A model generated the notes under the pieces. It was not told the origin of the DNA. It was given only the letters and a program-made list of their open reading frames with translations, and ran no database searches. Below, piece by piece: positions 51,152 through 64,000 of a stretch of DNA of 64,000 bases (its first letter is position 1; the number at the start of each line of letters is the position of its first letter). This stretch comes from Moniliella sp. 'wahieum' (lineage: Eukaryota). The translations under genes and the position numbers were made by a program. The DNA is taken from the NCBI GenBank assembly GCA_003971905.1, contig RSEE01000013.1:310001-374000 (forward strand). The letters are read 5' to 3'.

Positions 51152-54065
51152 TCAGTGCTGGGCTGAGGCCGCCGAGGTTTTTGAGTGTGGGATGCGGGCG
51201 AAAAGCACATCCAATAAGCCGCGGTGATGTGCTTCTATTACAACCGCAGTAGCCCAACACAACATCAAAAAGGAGACCACTGAGTGTGTTGGGCCCCCAT
51301 CAGTAGCTGACCTACGGTGGGGACCAGTACTGATGCCTTGAAATGAAGGAAAGTATATATACAACACCATTCCAGCTACCACAACAGGCCAAAACAATCG
51401 AACGTGATCAACAAGTAGTAGACAAAAGAGAGGGAGGGGGGTATATCCAACAGAGAGAAGTGTTTTCGAACCAATCAATGAACATCGTACCGATTGCCCG
51501 GAGCCATTTTTGCCCGTCTCCCACTTGAGAGCGCTACTAAGGGCGGGAGGCATAGGCCCGTGGCGCACGGAGGGGGGAAGCTGCATGCTTTGCGGTCGTG
51601 GAAGCGCAGTCAACAAATCGGCGATGGATGGGCGTACCGGTTCTCGATCCTTGGGCCGTCCCTCCCGCAAGAGGGGGGACGAGCCCAAAGATGATCCTTC
51701 CCGTTCCAATGGACGTGGTTCTAATGGACGTGGTTCCAATGGACGCGGTTCCAATGAACGCGGCTCCAATGGGCGCTCCATCACTGCCAATGCCATTCGT
51801 GTGGCGGGTTCCTGAGCCTGAGCCTGTGTGGGTGGGTGAAGGGCCACCCGTCCCAACAGCATCACCAACTCCACCGCCCGGCTCCAGGTCGGGTTCACCT
51901 CGATGGCCGCCTGGAGGGTGGCCACGCGGCCGCGTCCAATGGCGGAGCTAGAGAGGTGGGAGGAACTGAGCTGGACGCGGGCGGCCAGAACGTGCATGCA
52001 TACCCACGCCAGACTTTCGGTGGGAGCAAGCCCCCCCTGGGCCCCAGCTTCGGCCAAGGTGGCTACCTGTTCTCCCGTGTAGGCAAGCGAGGCGGGCAAG
52101 CCAACGTACCACGTATCGACGTCCGCCCGGGTGCGCAGACGGGTAGCGTGGACCAAACAAGCGAGTGCTTGGACGACCGAATCGGTGCTTTGGCTCGTTG
52201 GGAGCGGCACCCCGGACTGCACGCCACCATAAAGCGATGCTAGTCCTTCCACCACCGCAATCGCTAGACTGATACGCGGTCCGCAGGCCGGGTCCAACGT
52301 GCGCCAAGCTAGCGCTGCATCGAGGGTTGCTTGGCGTGCCTGGCCCAGCTGAAGGGAACCCAGTGCCAACAACGCATACGCCATGGCGACCCCCCAACGC
52401 CTTCCTTGTCGCTTTCATCGGAAGTGGGGTCAGTATCTGGATCGGATGCATGCAGGGCCAAGAGCGCACGAGCGGCTTGGATGTGCGCGCTGGCTGCGTC
52501 CCCCTTTGGTGCCACCAGGGCATAGAGCGCATGGAGCAGCGCAGGCAAGGCAACGAATGCGTACCCCGCCTCGCCCATGGCCTGAGCCGGGGCCGGGGCT
52601 GGGGCCAGGGGGGGGAGGCACACGCTCAAAGGGAATCCCACTTGACGGAAGAGGGCGAGATAATCTGCTTGCACATTATGCGGCGGGAGGCAAGCGAGAG
52701 CCGTGGCTTCGATTGGGGACCGGGATGCCCCCTGTCTTGGTACCTGGGCAGGGTATGGGGGAAAGGGAGAGTTCCTGGGCAGGAACGGGGAGCGTGGAAG
52801 GCGGGAGGAAAGATGGAGGGTTAGTGGGAATAGCCAACGGAGCAGCCATAGACAAGTCGGGGCTGGCAGCCCAACGTCCCCTTCGCGGCCCACTCACATC
52901 CCGCCCCGGGCCCAGTTCCCATCCGGACGAGAGAGAGGGGTTGGCAGCTTGCGGTGAAGGCGGCAAGGTGCTGACCCACTGGCTGGGATCGAATCCACAC
53001 GCAGTAGTCGAAGTCGATCTCGATGGATCAGAATGCGTAGGCGAGAGGCCGGCCGATTCAGCAAGACCGCCAGGATGAATGGAAGCAGGGCCCGCCGCAG
53101 GGTGGCCAATGACCGAGGGAGGCGTCCCAGGGTCAGACAACGCCTGATAGTCCGGTCGAAGAGGTACCGAGGGACCTGCCGCAGCCTCCGCAAGGATGGC
53201 CAGGGCCGGGGCGTCGCTGCCGGAGCGGACAAGCGGAGCCACATCACCCACGGACATGCTCCGTGGGGGCGCTGGACGGTCTTCATCCACGTCCTCATCA
53301 GGGTCAGGCAACCATTCCTGGTTGGGCGCAGGCGCAGATAGAACCCCTGATTCATCACTGTGAACCAAAGTTAGTCAGCACCAATGCTAGCGAAGCAAGG
53401 GAAAGGCATCGCGTGGATTGAGTACTGAGCCTCAGCACCGTAGCGTGACATGTCGTAGCGTGACATGTGACGTATATATGGAGGGGAGGGGGGGGGCACG
53501 CACAAATATTGACACACTTTGCCATTGTATAGGCAGTTGCTGCACGGTAGCCGCCGGTCGCATCGCCGCTTCGCCTTGTGGCAAGCAGTACAGGAGCGCT
53601 GGGAACGTTTGCGTTTTCCACGTTGGGGAACGTACCCCTGTCCACCCGCCGGGTGGCGCAAAGGCAGGGGGGAGTGGGAGCAGGGACGGGAGGCGCATGC
53701 AGAACGGAAGGAGGCGAGGCAGAGGGCACACGCCAGCTCTCGGATCGAGGCGCATGCATCGGGCGGAGGGGGGGGAGGGAGGCATGGGACCAAGACGAGT
53801 GGGGATGTGGCGGTCGCGGTGGCGGCGGGAGGAGGGGGGGAGTGTGGGTGGGCCCTCGGACGAGCTGGTCAATGGGCGGCAAGGGGGTGTCACCGGGGGA
53901 CCACGCAGCGCGAGCATCGTGGATGGAGGGGAGGGTGGGCGGGCGGTCGTCGCGCATGCTGGCCACAGGGAGGGAGGGGGCGGGACGAGATGGGCAGGAT
54001 GGTGGGAGGGAGCAAACCGGCGCAGAGTCAGGACGGAACAGCGAGGGTTCAACGTCCAGGACCAT
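51152..54065 (-). CDS. Zn(II)2Cys6 binuclear-cluster transcription factor
   Basis: RKRSQRSCTACHKAKRRCDRRLPCSNCLYNGKVCQY followed by an intron (~53358-53503); 15-bp PLEPR repeat at ~51707-51780; both ends approximate. Confidence 0.8.
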
Positions 54066-54447
54066 TGAGCCGTGCCGCGTGGCTCTGCTGTGCACTGCCC
54101 TGCGCTGCTCTGCCGTGCTTGGCTCTGCGCCGACTGGACTGGTCTGCTCTGCTCTGCTCTGGGCTGCGACCGAGTGTGGCACGGTGCCTGGCGGCCAGGT
54201 GGCCAGGTGGCCAGGCACGCACAGGCGCAGTGTGCGCAAGGCTCGCCCCGCCCAGGTACCGGGCGGCGCAGGCTGCGGCCGTGATGCGGCCGTGGTGCAG
54301 GGTGTGTGACATGCGATGCATGATCCATGCGCACGACGCATGACGTGTGATACATTGTCGCACCTGGCCCTTCTGGTGCCTGTGCGACACCGACGCTGCG
54401 CTCCCGCATCATGCATCCGTCATGCACCGTCTAGGATCATCTTGATG

Positions 54448-55517
54448 AGCTTGAAGCTTGAAGCTTGACGCTTGAAGCTTGACGCTTGAAGCTTGACGAT
54501 AGCCCCACGTTTGCGCCCTCGGCTGGGTGCATCGTCAGCTGACACACTGCCCCCCACTGCCCCTCTGCTGGGCTGGGGCTCCGCCCCCGTGGTGACGCGG
54601 TGACGCCGCCGTCCTGTGGTCTGGGGCGAAATATCAAATGCACAGGCGCCGTGCCCGCTGCGGCAGAAGTGAGCACAACCCTGCGGGGAGTAAGACATGC
54701 GGAGCTCCGCACGTGGGGACAAGCACAGTGGCTCAGGCGCACAACGCTCCTGCTGAGCGCTCAGGGCACCAGGGCCCAGGCTGACGCCCCAGCCCCAGCG
54801 CTGGGCGCCCGGGTGCACAGGGGCCGGGGGCCGGGGGCGCTGAGGTGATTTTGCAGATACCACGGGGCATGGCGCAGGTGTCGTTGCGGACGGGGCGGAC
54901 CGGAGGAAGGCAGCAGCTGGGAAAGGGTTTTCCGATCACTGGTCGCATCCTCCCGCATCATGCATCGGACCGCCGCTTCAGCCGCTGGGTGCACAACTTT
55001 CGTACCGCTGCAGCGGCGGGGGTATGGGGTGAGAGGCGCGTGAAGCTTGAAGCTTGAAGCTTGAAGCTTGAAGTGTGTGCCACACCACATGTGACATGCG
55101 ACATGTGACATGGGGAGGGCAGGGACAAAATCAAGACCACAAGTAGCGTATCCTTGTATTTCTAAGCGCGTGCTTTTGTAGAAGCTGAGCGCCCGTAAGC
55201 AGCAGGCTCTAATGATTAATGATTAATGACGCTGTGAAAAGCGCGCAAGCTGATGTAGGCTGAAGTCTGCTTTCAAGCTTGAAGCTAGCTATCTTGATGG
55301 CTGACTAGCTTGCGGACTGGAGCGCTGCGGCGCCTCGGGCTAGTTTGGACCGTATAACGGGTACCGGGTTCTGATGTCTGTACGGAAGCGCTGAAGCTGA
55401 AGCGAGAAACTGAAGCATGCTTAATTTGGAGTCTTCTTATTTTTTTGTCACATCATGCATCATGCACCAGGCCATCGACCCACCATGCACCGCATCATGC
55501 ATCATGCATCATGCATC
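54448..55517. repeat. Dense cluster of heptamer arrays CTTGAAG/CTTGACG, TGTGACA, AATGATT, CATCATG
   Basis: Arrays at 54448-54496, 55041-55073, 55086-55112, 55210-55229, 55451-55466 and 55492-55517. Confidence 0.92.
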
Positions 55518-56162
55518 GTAATGCATAGCTGCACATACGGTTCCAACGCACAATAAGAGCCCACCTACATACCCTCCGGTGTTCGTTCCTTTGGCATCCC
55601 GCAGGCTGGTACTGGTGCTTAACCCCCTGCTCCAGCATCTCCTGCCCGCATGCCAGCTCACCCGCATGCCACGTACACCCTCCCAGACGGCAGAGAGGAT
55701 GGTTGTGGACAAACCATGTGTCCTGAACTTACATGGAGAAAAAGAGCGCACAGTGGCCGGTGGTATTATGGCAAAGAGCTGTGATCTCACCCTTGAGGAG
55801 ATTGGCTCTCAGATCTCAGACACTGCCGTTTTTGGTGTGGAGCCCCCCAGTGCCTCTCCTGCAACATAATGGGGGAGTTGCACGATCTGTGTTGGTACTA
55901 TGTTCCCTCCCGCCATACCGCATCTGGCTGACCTCGCCGTTGCACTTCCAACGAAGAAAGACGAGAAGCGCGGAGAGCTGCGGAGAGGCGCTGTTCAGCT
56001 GAACACACACTGGACTTTTTTTTGCTGAACATATATATACTGGACTTCTTTTTGCTGTCTACTCTTTTACTACTCTACTACTGGAGAAGCAGGTGGCCGC
56101 CATGTTTTCTACGAAGAGTGGTGCAGAAGTGCATCACAGGAGATCCTCAGGCCGGCCTCAAC

Positions 56163-57010
56163 TGTCACGGGCTGCGGCGGACACGAGATGGTCCGACCCA
56201 AGCTAAGGCCCGCCTGCTCCGCACATGCCCAGTAGAGCGTGCTCCGCAGGCCAATCAACAAGTGTGATGATGGTTGGCTAAATTAAGTATCGTGGCCGAA
56301 GGGCCATGCTCCGCGCGACAATAGTCCCCCCGCCCAAGTCCAAGTCGGCCGGCCTAAATAAGGCCACCGAGCTTCCAGTGCCGTGCGGCATCTGCCGTCC
56401 CGTCCCCGTTTCCGTTTCCTTTCTCGGTCGCGCCTGTGGCGACCAACCCCGCTTTTGACATGTCTTCCTTTCTACACCCCCTCTTGTATCCGTTTCCCTT
56501 TTGATCCTGCCTGTACCCCTGGTTGATGGGGATCTTTTCCCCCACCTTCCATTCTCGTCATCTCTCGTCTCCACCTTCGTCCCTTTCCCGCCTATCCTGT
56601 CCGACTCCTGCCCGTTTCCAGCCAATTGATCCAGTACAGGCAGCTCCTCTTGTTAGCGTCCGACATCTCCTCCGACCTCGTCCTCCAGCCCTTCGTCAGT
56701 CCAATCGCGCGAGCCCTCCTTCGGTCGCGGCGATTCCCAGTTCCAGTTACGGCAGTGTTTGTCCGCCGCTGCCTCCTCCCGTCCCTAAGTCCCGGAGGCT
56801 TCAGACACGTTACTACGGCCCAAGCCGGTGCAGACGCAGCCTTGCCACACGTGCAGCCGCCCCACCAAAGGCCTCTCCTCGTCCCTAGCTCCGCTCGGAC
56901 ACACCAACCAGCCTAAGCCCGAAACTACCGTGAGTCGACCTACCGTCGCCTAAGGGATTGTACCCCAAAAAACCCCAGGGCGGGCCCCCTGGCGGCGCCC
57001 GCCCGTGACA
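56163..57010 (+). mobile_element. Complete solo LTR (848 bp)
   Basis: Termini TGTCACGGGC...GCCCGTGACA (perfect 10-bp inverted repeat) flanked by the 5-bp direct repeat TCAAC (56158-56162 and 57011-57015). Confidence 0.9.
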
Positions 57011-57164
57011 TCAACTATCAAGCGAAATCCCGTGAATACTCTCTCCCAATGTCCTACCACGTAGGCATTCTCCCAAGAAGTTGACGATGATGCTCAAGCT
57101 GATAAAGCTGAAGCTGATGAGCATCGTACATGGTATTACAATACAGCATAGAGCCCAGCTCTCA

Positions 57165-60100
57165 TCAAATGTGGCTGCGTAATTGCGCTCCTAGGTGTGT
57201 GTCAGTCCACTCGGCCACGACGGCCTGGACGGTGGCCTGCGCCTGTGCCCACGCGAGCTTGTTTGCGCACCCACCTCCATCTTCATCCCCATCATCAAGC
57301 CCGGCTAACAGGCGCGCCCACCAGGCCATCACCCCGCTCACCACCTCCAGCCGCCCTGCCTCCAGCGTCCGCACACAAAAGCCCACCAGATGGCGCACGT
57401 CCCCTTCCCGGGGCCCCACACGTGCAAAAGCGGTAACCCAAGCCGCCAATCGCGCCCGCAAAGCCGGCACCTCACGCGCACCCTGCAATCCCGGCGCCCC
57501 GCTCGGACGGGCGATCTGGGGGACAGAAAGGCGAGCTTGCATACGCTCCGCCAACGCCATCCGCTCCTCGCCCCGTGTCAGCTCTCGTTCCACCGCACCA
57601 GCCCCGCCGTTCCGCTCACCCGGGTGGTTGAGCGCTTGGCGGGTCTGTTGCTGCGCACCCGCCTCCTCCAGCAGCTCCCGCTGCACCCCCACCGGCAGGC
57701 TGCGGTACACCTCCACGTCCATCCCCAGCTGCTGCACCACCGCATCAGGCACCGCGCTGGGCTCAGCCACCCACAGTGCCATTTGGTCCAGGACGGGCTG
57801 GTCGATCGGTCGCCTGCCAAAGGGGCGTGGGCTGCGTGGGCTGCGTGGACTGCGTGGGCTGCGCGGGCTGTGGCTGATACGCGCCGCTCGAGGCGTCCTT
57901 GGTCCTCCCCTCCCCCGCGCAGGCCGTGGGCGAGCAGGTGACTGTCGTTCTGGCCGCGGTGGGGAACTCAGGCCCATATCCCGCAACACCTCGGCCCGGA
58001 TGGGCGACGGGAGCTCATACAGCGTAGTCAAATCGAGTGTCTCGCGGGTCAGCACTGTCGGTGCTGCTTGCTCTGTGTCCTCGTCCCTTGGAAGGGCGAC
58101 GGTGACGAGGCGCTCCTCTTCTTCGGCCGCAAGAGCGCGCGCCAAGGCTTCTTGTTTCCGCGCTCGTGCCACTTGCTTCTGCACCGCCAAGGGCAACACT
58201 GCCAGTACCCCTTCGTCCACCTGCGTCGGAATCACGTACTGTGTCCCGGGCCCGAGGGACAGCGAGCCATCGCCCGACAGGTCCGCCTCCATCGGCAGCG
58301 GCGGAGGCGGGGCATGAGCCAATGGCGGAGTTGGGCAATCAGGCCCAGGAAGCACGGAACCGCCACAATCGGGGGGGTCGGGCGAGGAACGGGTGACATT
58401 GATATCTGGGGTATCCTTGGCCCCGAGTGGAGGCGTGGTTGGGACCGGGGCCGAGGGGGGAGCGTTTTGTTTTTGCGTCTCTCCAAGCGGGCGGGCGAGG
58501 AAGGGCAAACGTCGTTGTCCGCGTGGAAGAGGGGCGGGTTGAGGATGGTCCGGGGTGAGTTGTTGAACACTGATTCCGATGCCTCGGAGTTCCCGTGGGT
58601 CCAGTTGAAGCGCAAGAAGCAACCCCCACGCCGAGCGCTTGATGGCCTGCGCGTCGCGTGTAGCAACGTTGAGCGAAGCCGACTTGTGGTAGGTATCGCA
58701 CACACCATGGCCCAGAAACTTGGGTGCCTCCACAGGTGCCTCGGCTGCTCGTACCATCACGTTGAGCAGCACCTTTCGTCCCACATACCGCGCCCGCTCC
58801 ATCCGGCCCGCCACTTCGGCAGACAGAGACGCAACAAATGTTTCGGCCTCCGTCTCATTGGCAAACCGAATGGCATAGTTGACCGCGGCACCAATCGAGT
58901 GGCGTACCCGCTCGCCTTCGAGACGGTCCCGCTCCTTGCCATTCATCTTGGCCCAGTAGCTGCCCCCCTTTTCGGGCCCAAACAAGGCACGAAAACTGGC
59001 CTCCGTTTGTTCAGTGACCAAGCGCCCAATGACCGATGTACCAAACCGGGACCGACAAGCTTCCCTTGCACTCCACCCAACACCATGGAGGTCGTCAATC
59101 TCCAATTCTGACAGAAAACCGGCCACCGCCTCAGTTTGGAGATGAAACGATCCGCCGGGTTTGGCTCGCCGGGTAGCGAGGCGTGCCAGCAACACATTGG
59201 ATCCTACCCCAATGCTGGCCTCGGTACGTGTGGCGGTACGCACGGCATCCCTCAATGTCTCCGCCAAGCAATGCTCCTCAGTCCACTCAGGATGAGTACA
59301 AGTGTAATGGGAATACGGCACAAGTAATGCGTGAGCTTCCTTTGCCTTGTTTTGATTCTGTTGGCTGGGTGCACCCTTGCCCGGGTCCGGAGGAATGCCG
59401 GCGTCCGTGTCAATGTCGGTGTCGGCGTCTTTGTTCTTGCCCTTTCCTTTTCCCCTGGCGCCACTCAGGCTCTCCTGCCGCAACCGGGCCAAGAGAAGAC
59501 TCACATCCATCAACGCCTCGTCCACACTCACCGCTTCCACGGCATCCGCATGGGCAAGGAGGAAGGTATAAAAGCAAATGCTCGTCGCATTGTACGCATC
59601 AAAGTCGTAGGGAATGCACTCGATTCCGGGACAGCGTGCACGAGCTTGCCCCAAACTCATCCCGTTGCGCACTCCGTATTTGCGCGCCATGTAGTTGCAC
59701 GAAGCAATCTCGGACGTGCTCCGCTCCTTGCCCGGCGGGCCCTGCGCATGACACACCACCACCGCCTTGTCCCGCAACGCGGGCTTGTCCCGGACCCCAA
59801 CGCTCACAAAAAAACAATCAAACTACACCCCGCACCAGGTCAGCTCACCTCGCCCAGCATACCGCCACAACCGGCTCATAGGCCGAGGGGAAAGAGAGGG
59901 GGGGACGTACATCAATGTGCATGATCACCCTCCTTATGCCAGGTGGTAAGTCTTGGCTGCCCATGGACCGGCCTGCCGCACGACACGCCTCGGCTACCAT
60001 ATCTTTCATTTCGCTTTTCCACGTGCTCAGGTGGTGCAGTCGGCTCTTGGCAAAGAACCCCTGGAGAAAGCCACCACTGGCCGTGGTATTGCGCTCGCGC

Positions 60101-61519
60101 CAGCTGGGCGAAGCCATGAGACGTGCCGCATGGGCGTTGGGTGAAGCGCCAGCGTACCCCATAAGCTCGACAGGTGGGGGGGGCGCTGTTCCTCTCCAGA
60201 CAGTGGGGACGAAGGGGAAGGAGGCGAGGGAGTAGGCTGGGTCCTAGTCGGCTCTGGTGGAACAGGAGGCTCCCTTTGTTCTGGGAGCGGGGAGGAAGAG
60301 GAGGAAGAGAAAGAAGTACGATCACGCTGCGTCTTCTCCTCCTGCGGGACGGGGACAGGCGACAACGCGGCATAACCCGGGGGCGTGGAAGCAATTGGCA
60401 CGATCCTCTCCGTCTGAACTGCATGCGAAGGCGTACTGGATAATGGGAGCGTCCGGGGCTGGGGTAACGCGTTGGATGTAGGTGTACTGGACCGTGGTGG
60501 CAACACTGTAGAAGGTAGGGTGGGGATGAGGGAGGCAAAAAGGAGATGTTCCCTTGGCCAGTCGACCGGCCCCATGGTGTGGGAGCGGCAACGGGAAGAG
60601 GGGGTGGAAGGAAGGTTCGGGAAGACGTGCCTAACAATGTAGATCCTTCCCCTATGGATGAGGTGTGTGGATCAAACGAGGCCGGCGCAAGGACGGTCGA
60701 ACATCCAGCAGAGGTGTGGGAAGATAGGGAGCGGTTGTACTGGCTTTGCAGTTGTCCAGCCCGCTTGTGGCGCAAGCGTGCAAGCCATTGAGAGCCCTGC
60801 TGTGACGACTGGGACGATTGTGTCTGTTGAACAAGAGCAGGTGTCGGGAAGGAAGCAATAGGTCCCAGGCGGTAGTTACGCCAATCTTGCCGCACCCCAC
60901 GGGCAACCGAGTCAAGGATCCAGTGCTCCGTCACGACACGGTAGTCGCGCAGCTCGACTCGTTTCTTGGGAGTCAGGTTGGAGGCGACAATGTGTGTGAT
61001 CTGGCTTTTGCGGTCCAGAAAAGTGTAAAAGGTGCCGCCATGAAGGACAATAAGCCGGCGTAGCTCGAGGAAAGGGGCCGCCTGGGTCAGGCCGTCGACA
61101 TAGATGTGGCAAGCGTTGAAAACGGGTGGGTGCGCGGGGTGAAGTCTGTCCTGGGTGGCGTTACCCGACTCGTTCCCATCCCCGTACTCTTGTTCCTGCT
61201 GGACCAGCGCGGCCTGCTGGACTTGGAGCTTGGCGCGCTTGTGCTGCACAAAGGCGCGTACGTCGCCAAAGTCAATGGGCGCATACGCGGGGGCAGCGAG
61301 GTATTCTGGAGCCGGGGGGTCGGCGGGTGGGCGCGGGTGCTTGCCGAGGGCCGTGTGGGAGGGGGGATCTGGGGTTGAGGTTGAGGCTGAGGTTGAGGTT
61401 GAGGTTGAGGTTGAGGTTGAGATTGAGATTGAGGCTGAGGCTGAGGTTGAGATTGAGGTTGAGGTTGAGGTTGTGGCTGCGGGTATCTTTTTCGCTGCAG
61501 GCGAGGTCGGGACGGTCAT
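57165..61519 (-). CDS. REV1: DNA repair protein Rev1 (BRCT + Y-family deoxycytidyl transferase)
   Basis: BRCT IYVDGLT...LRRLIVLHGG...ITHIVASNLTPKK...WILDSV; FFAKSRLHHLSTWK; VIMHID/FDCFF (intron 59823-59910); SEIASCNYMARKYGVRNGM; AVSVDEA; KFLGHGVCD. Confidence 0.95.
61374..61473. repeat. (GGTTGA/GATTGA/GGCTGA)n hexamer repeat encoding poly-Ser/Thr in Rev1
   Basis: About 16 units seen directly. Confidence 0.9.
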
Positions 61520-61864
61520 GGCTGTGGGGCCATCGCGGTGCTTCCGGGCGTCGCTGCCACCAGGGGCTGGTTGGTGGTGGCGACGCGACGCGCACTCGTG
61601 TGCTGTACTGTAAACTTTCAGACAGGGGTGTTTTAATAAGCCGCGTTCAGCCGCTCAGCCTGAACGTTCAGTTGAACGTTGAACACGCTCAGCCCATGAC
61701 CGACGGCGAGAGCGGGTTGCGATCGTTGGTCGAGGCCATCCATCCCCATCTGCCCTGCTCGCTCGCGCCCCACCGCCTCTTTGTCAGCTGAGCAGTGGCT
61801 GCGCACACTCGTGCTTGCCGTGCCTCGCTTCCCCCCCGGTCGCCCCGCGCCCCTCGCCGCTGCC

Positions 61865-62336
61865 ATGGATCCGTACTACCGCGCCCGCAACCAGCAGCAC
61901 TTTGCGTCCCAGCTCGACTTTGTGTCGGCGCTGGCCAACCCGGCCTACATTGCCCACCTCGCCCAGCAGGGCTTTCTCCGCGACACCCGCTTCGTTCGCT
62001 ACCTCGCCCACCTGGACACCACGTGGCACACCCGGAGTATGCGCGTTTCGTGCGCTACCCCTACGCTCTTGTTCCTCTCTGCGCTCCAGAACGCAGAGTT
62101 CCGCGCCGCCGCTGAGCGCGAGGGCTGGGCCGCCATGGCCCGCAGCCAGATGCTGGGCCACTGGGCCGTATGGTTCGTTCCTGTCTCCCGCCTTGCGCCC
62201 ACCGCCCCTGCTTGCTGACCCTAGCCGCCCCTCCCTGTTGCCCCTGCACAGGCGCATGCCGGCGGAAGAAGACCAGCCCGAGGGGTCGTCGGCGCCGCCG
62301 CCTGCCCTCGTCCCACCGGCGCCTAGTGAACACTGA
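61865..62336 (+). CDS. SOH1: Mediator subunit Med31/Soh1
   Basis: FASQLDFVSALANPAYIAHLAQQGFLRDTRFVRYLAHL..WHTPEYARFVRYPYALLFL..LQNAEFR; probable intron near 62172-62251. Confidence 0.9.
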
Positions 62337-64000
62337 GCTGAGTCTCACGTGCTGGGCGCGAATGCTGATGCATGATGAGCCTCATCGCTGCGCGCAGCCC
62401 CAAGGGCCTGGCGTCGGGCGCTATCGGGCCCGAGCGTTGTGGTAGATGGGATGCCGGTGTAATAGGATGGTCACCAACAATCGATAACCGGTAACCCGAA
62501 CGGCGCTCCGAGCCCAAACCCGGTCTTCCCCCGCCTTCCGCGCTCTTGCACATGTGACATGTGATGCCAGCACGTGGGGGGCGCGCCAAGCAGCTGCGAC
62601 TCAGTCGTCGTGCTCACTAACACGCCGTCCGTCGCAACAGCGTCCGGCGTGCGCCAGCACGGGTGACGCTCACCCATGTCGGCCGAGTAGGGAATATCGG
62701 CCGGGGCTCAACTCACTAATCAATCACGTCGAAGCCAAGACCGAAGCTGGGCGCGGGAAGGTTAGCCCAGCATTGGCCTGTCTTCGACTCTGCGTCTCGG
62801 CCGCTCAGGCCAGCAGCCGTCGCATGCTTGCTGACTCGCGTGTTCCTTGCCTCCGTCGGGCCCCCGGCCGCACTAGTCACTTACCCTAAGGCCTCCCTCT
62901 CTGGCCCCTCCCGCCCCCTCCCCCTGCCCCTCCCCCGCCTCTCCACCCTTCAGCCTCGCCACTGCCACGCTGCCGGTGGCTCTCCCCGCGGTGGCCGAGA
63001 CATGGAAGCCGCCTGTCCATGCTGTCAGAAGCTCAGCGCTGAGTCGGAGCAGCATGCTGCGGGTGCCTCGGACCTGAGGTGCCTCTCTTGCCCAATTCTT
63101 TGCCCTGTCGTACATGTCGCCGTCACTGGCGCCACGCCGCAGAGCATCTACCAGCTAGCAGGATGAATTCATATTGGCCTTGAATATTGCATAGCTGGAA
63201 ACTTGATCGACTTGATCTTGGGCCCACTCTCGTGGGTCCTCGTCACCGGCCACTCTCGCTTCTCACAATCTTCGGCTATTTCTCTCTGGGCGCCTAGCGG
63301 AGGGGCTGGAGTGCAACTGCCCCTCTCCCTCCCCCACCCTTGTTCCTGTCCATGGCTCGGGGAAAAAGCATGATGCATGAGGCGTGGCCACTTGGTACTA
63401 TCACACTGCGCCCTCGGCGCCGGTCACATACACACTTTGCGCCCAGGCAGAGCAAAGGTCCTGCAACTGTCACCGTTGTCACCAATCCTCGTTGAGGACA
63501 GTCTCCCGCGGCTCAGTCTCGGTCTGTGCCATAGTCATGGTTCCTTGAAGGGTAATGCAGGTTTTGAACTACCTTTTCGTGCGCCAGGTCTTTCCTCCCG
63601 CAAAAGTCTCGCTCCTCTTGGCACAACCACACCACCATTGCCATTTCCACTCCTCTGCAGGTCATGGAGAATCTTTGGCCTTTGGCAGGTACGCCTCTCC
63701 TCCCTCCAGGGAGCACGACGGGTGCAGAGGGTGAGGCGAGCTGTGTCCTCTCTCCTTGCGAGAGTAACGCTGCTTTCGCCACACCCTCCTTTCATCTTGG
63801 GCTCAACGGTGAAGACCCTCTTGGCTCGCTGCACACTCCCGTCGCACCCAGACCCCTTTCTTTCATGGCCTTAGCGTCACCTGTTCCATCGACAGAGCTC
63901 TGGGACCCCAACAATGCCTTGGCCACGGGCGGGTTTCCGTCTCTTTCTCCTCTCTTTCAGCAGGACGAGCCACTTCAGGAGGTCGGAGGCATCATGCCCT

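Noticed and set aside
63170..64000. Possible gag-like or other TE remnant at the window end
   Set aside because: No diagnostic motif could be confirmed.

Overview
GC-rich eukaryotic fungal DNA with short GT-AG introns and CTRAC branch points. It is probably a basidiomycete, possibly Ustilaginomycotina (inferred from protein sequences and intron style). Recognisable genes: GOT1 (partial), a secreted DPBB/loosenin-like protein, a C2-domain Fic1/Inn1-like protein, polyubiquitin, a head-to-head HSP60/HSP10 pair, PTH2, VIP1/Asp1, a TBC-domain GAP, a DUF3445 protein, an AreA/Gat1 GATA factor, LSM12, a Zn2Cys6 factor, REV1 and MED31, plus several hypothetical proteins. Most conserved genes carry 1-bp indels that look like uncorrected long-read errors, so CDS limits are approximate. 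Mobile DNA: one complete solo LTR with a TSD, two related LTR remnants, two Helitron-like ends, a decayed CACTA-like transposase and an RLE non-LTR fragment. The most unusual signal is in non-coding DNA: many short tandem arrays whose 7-bp units differ in sequence but share one grammar, an odd palindrome centred on T-N-A (GTTSAAC, CTTGAAG, CATCATG, AGTCACT, TGTGACA, GGTCACC, GCTCAGC, CCTSAGG, CGTAACG, AATGATT). One such array appears to have been gained inside one LTR copy relative to its paralog.
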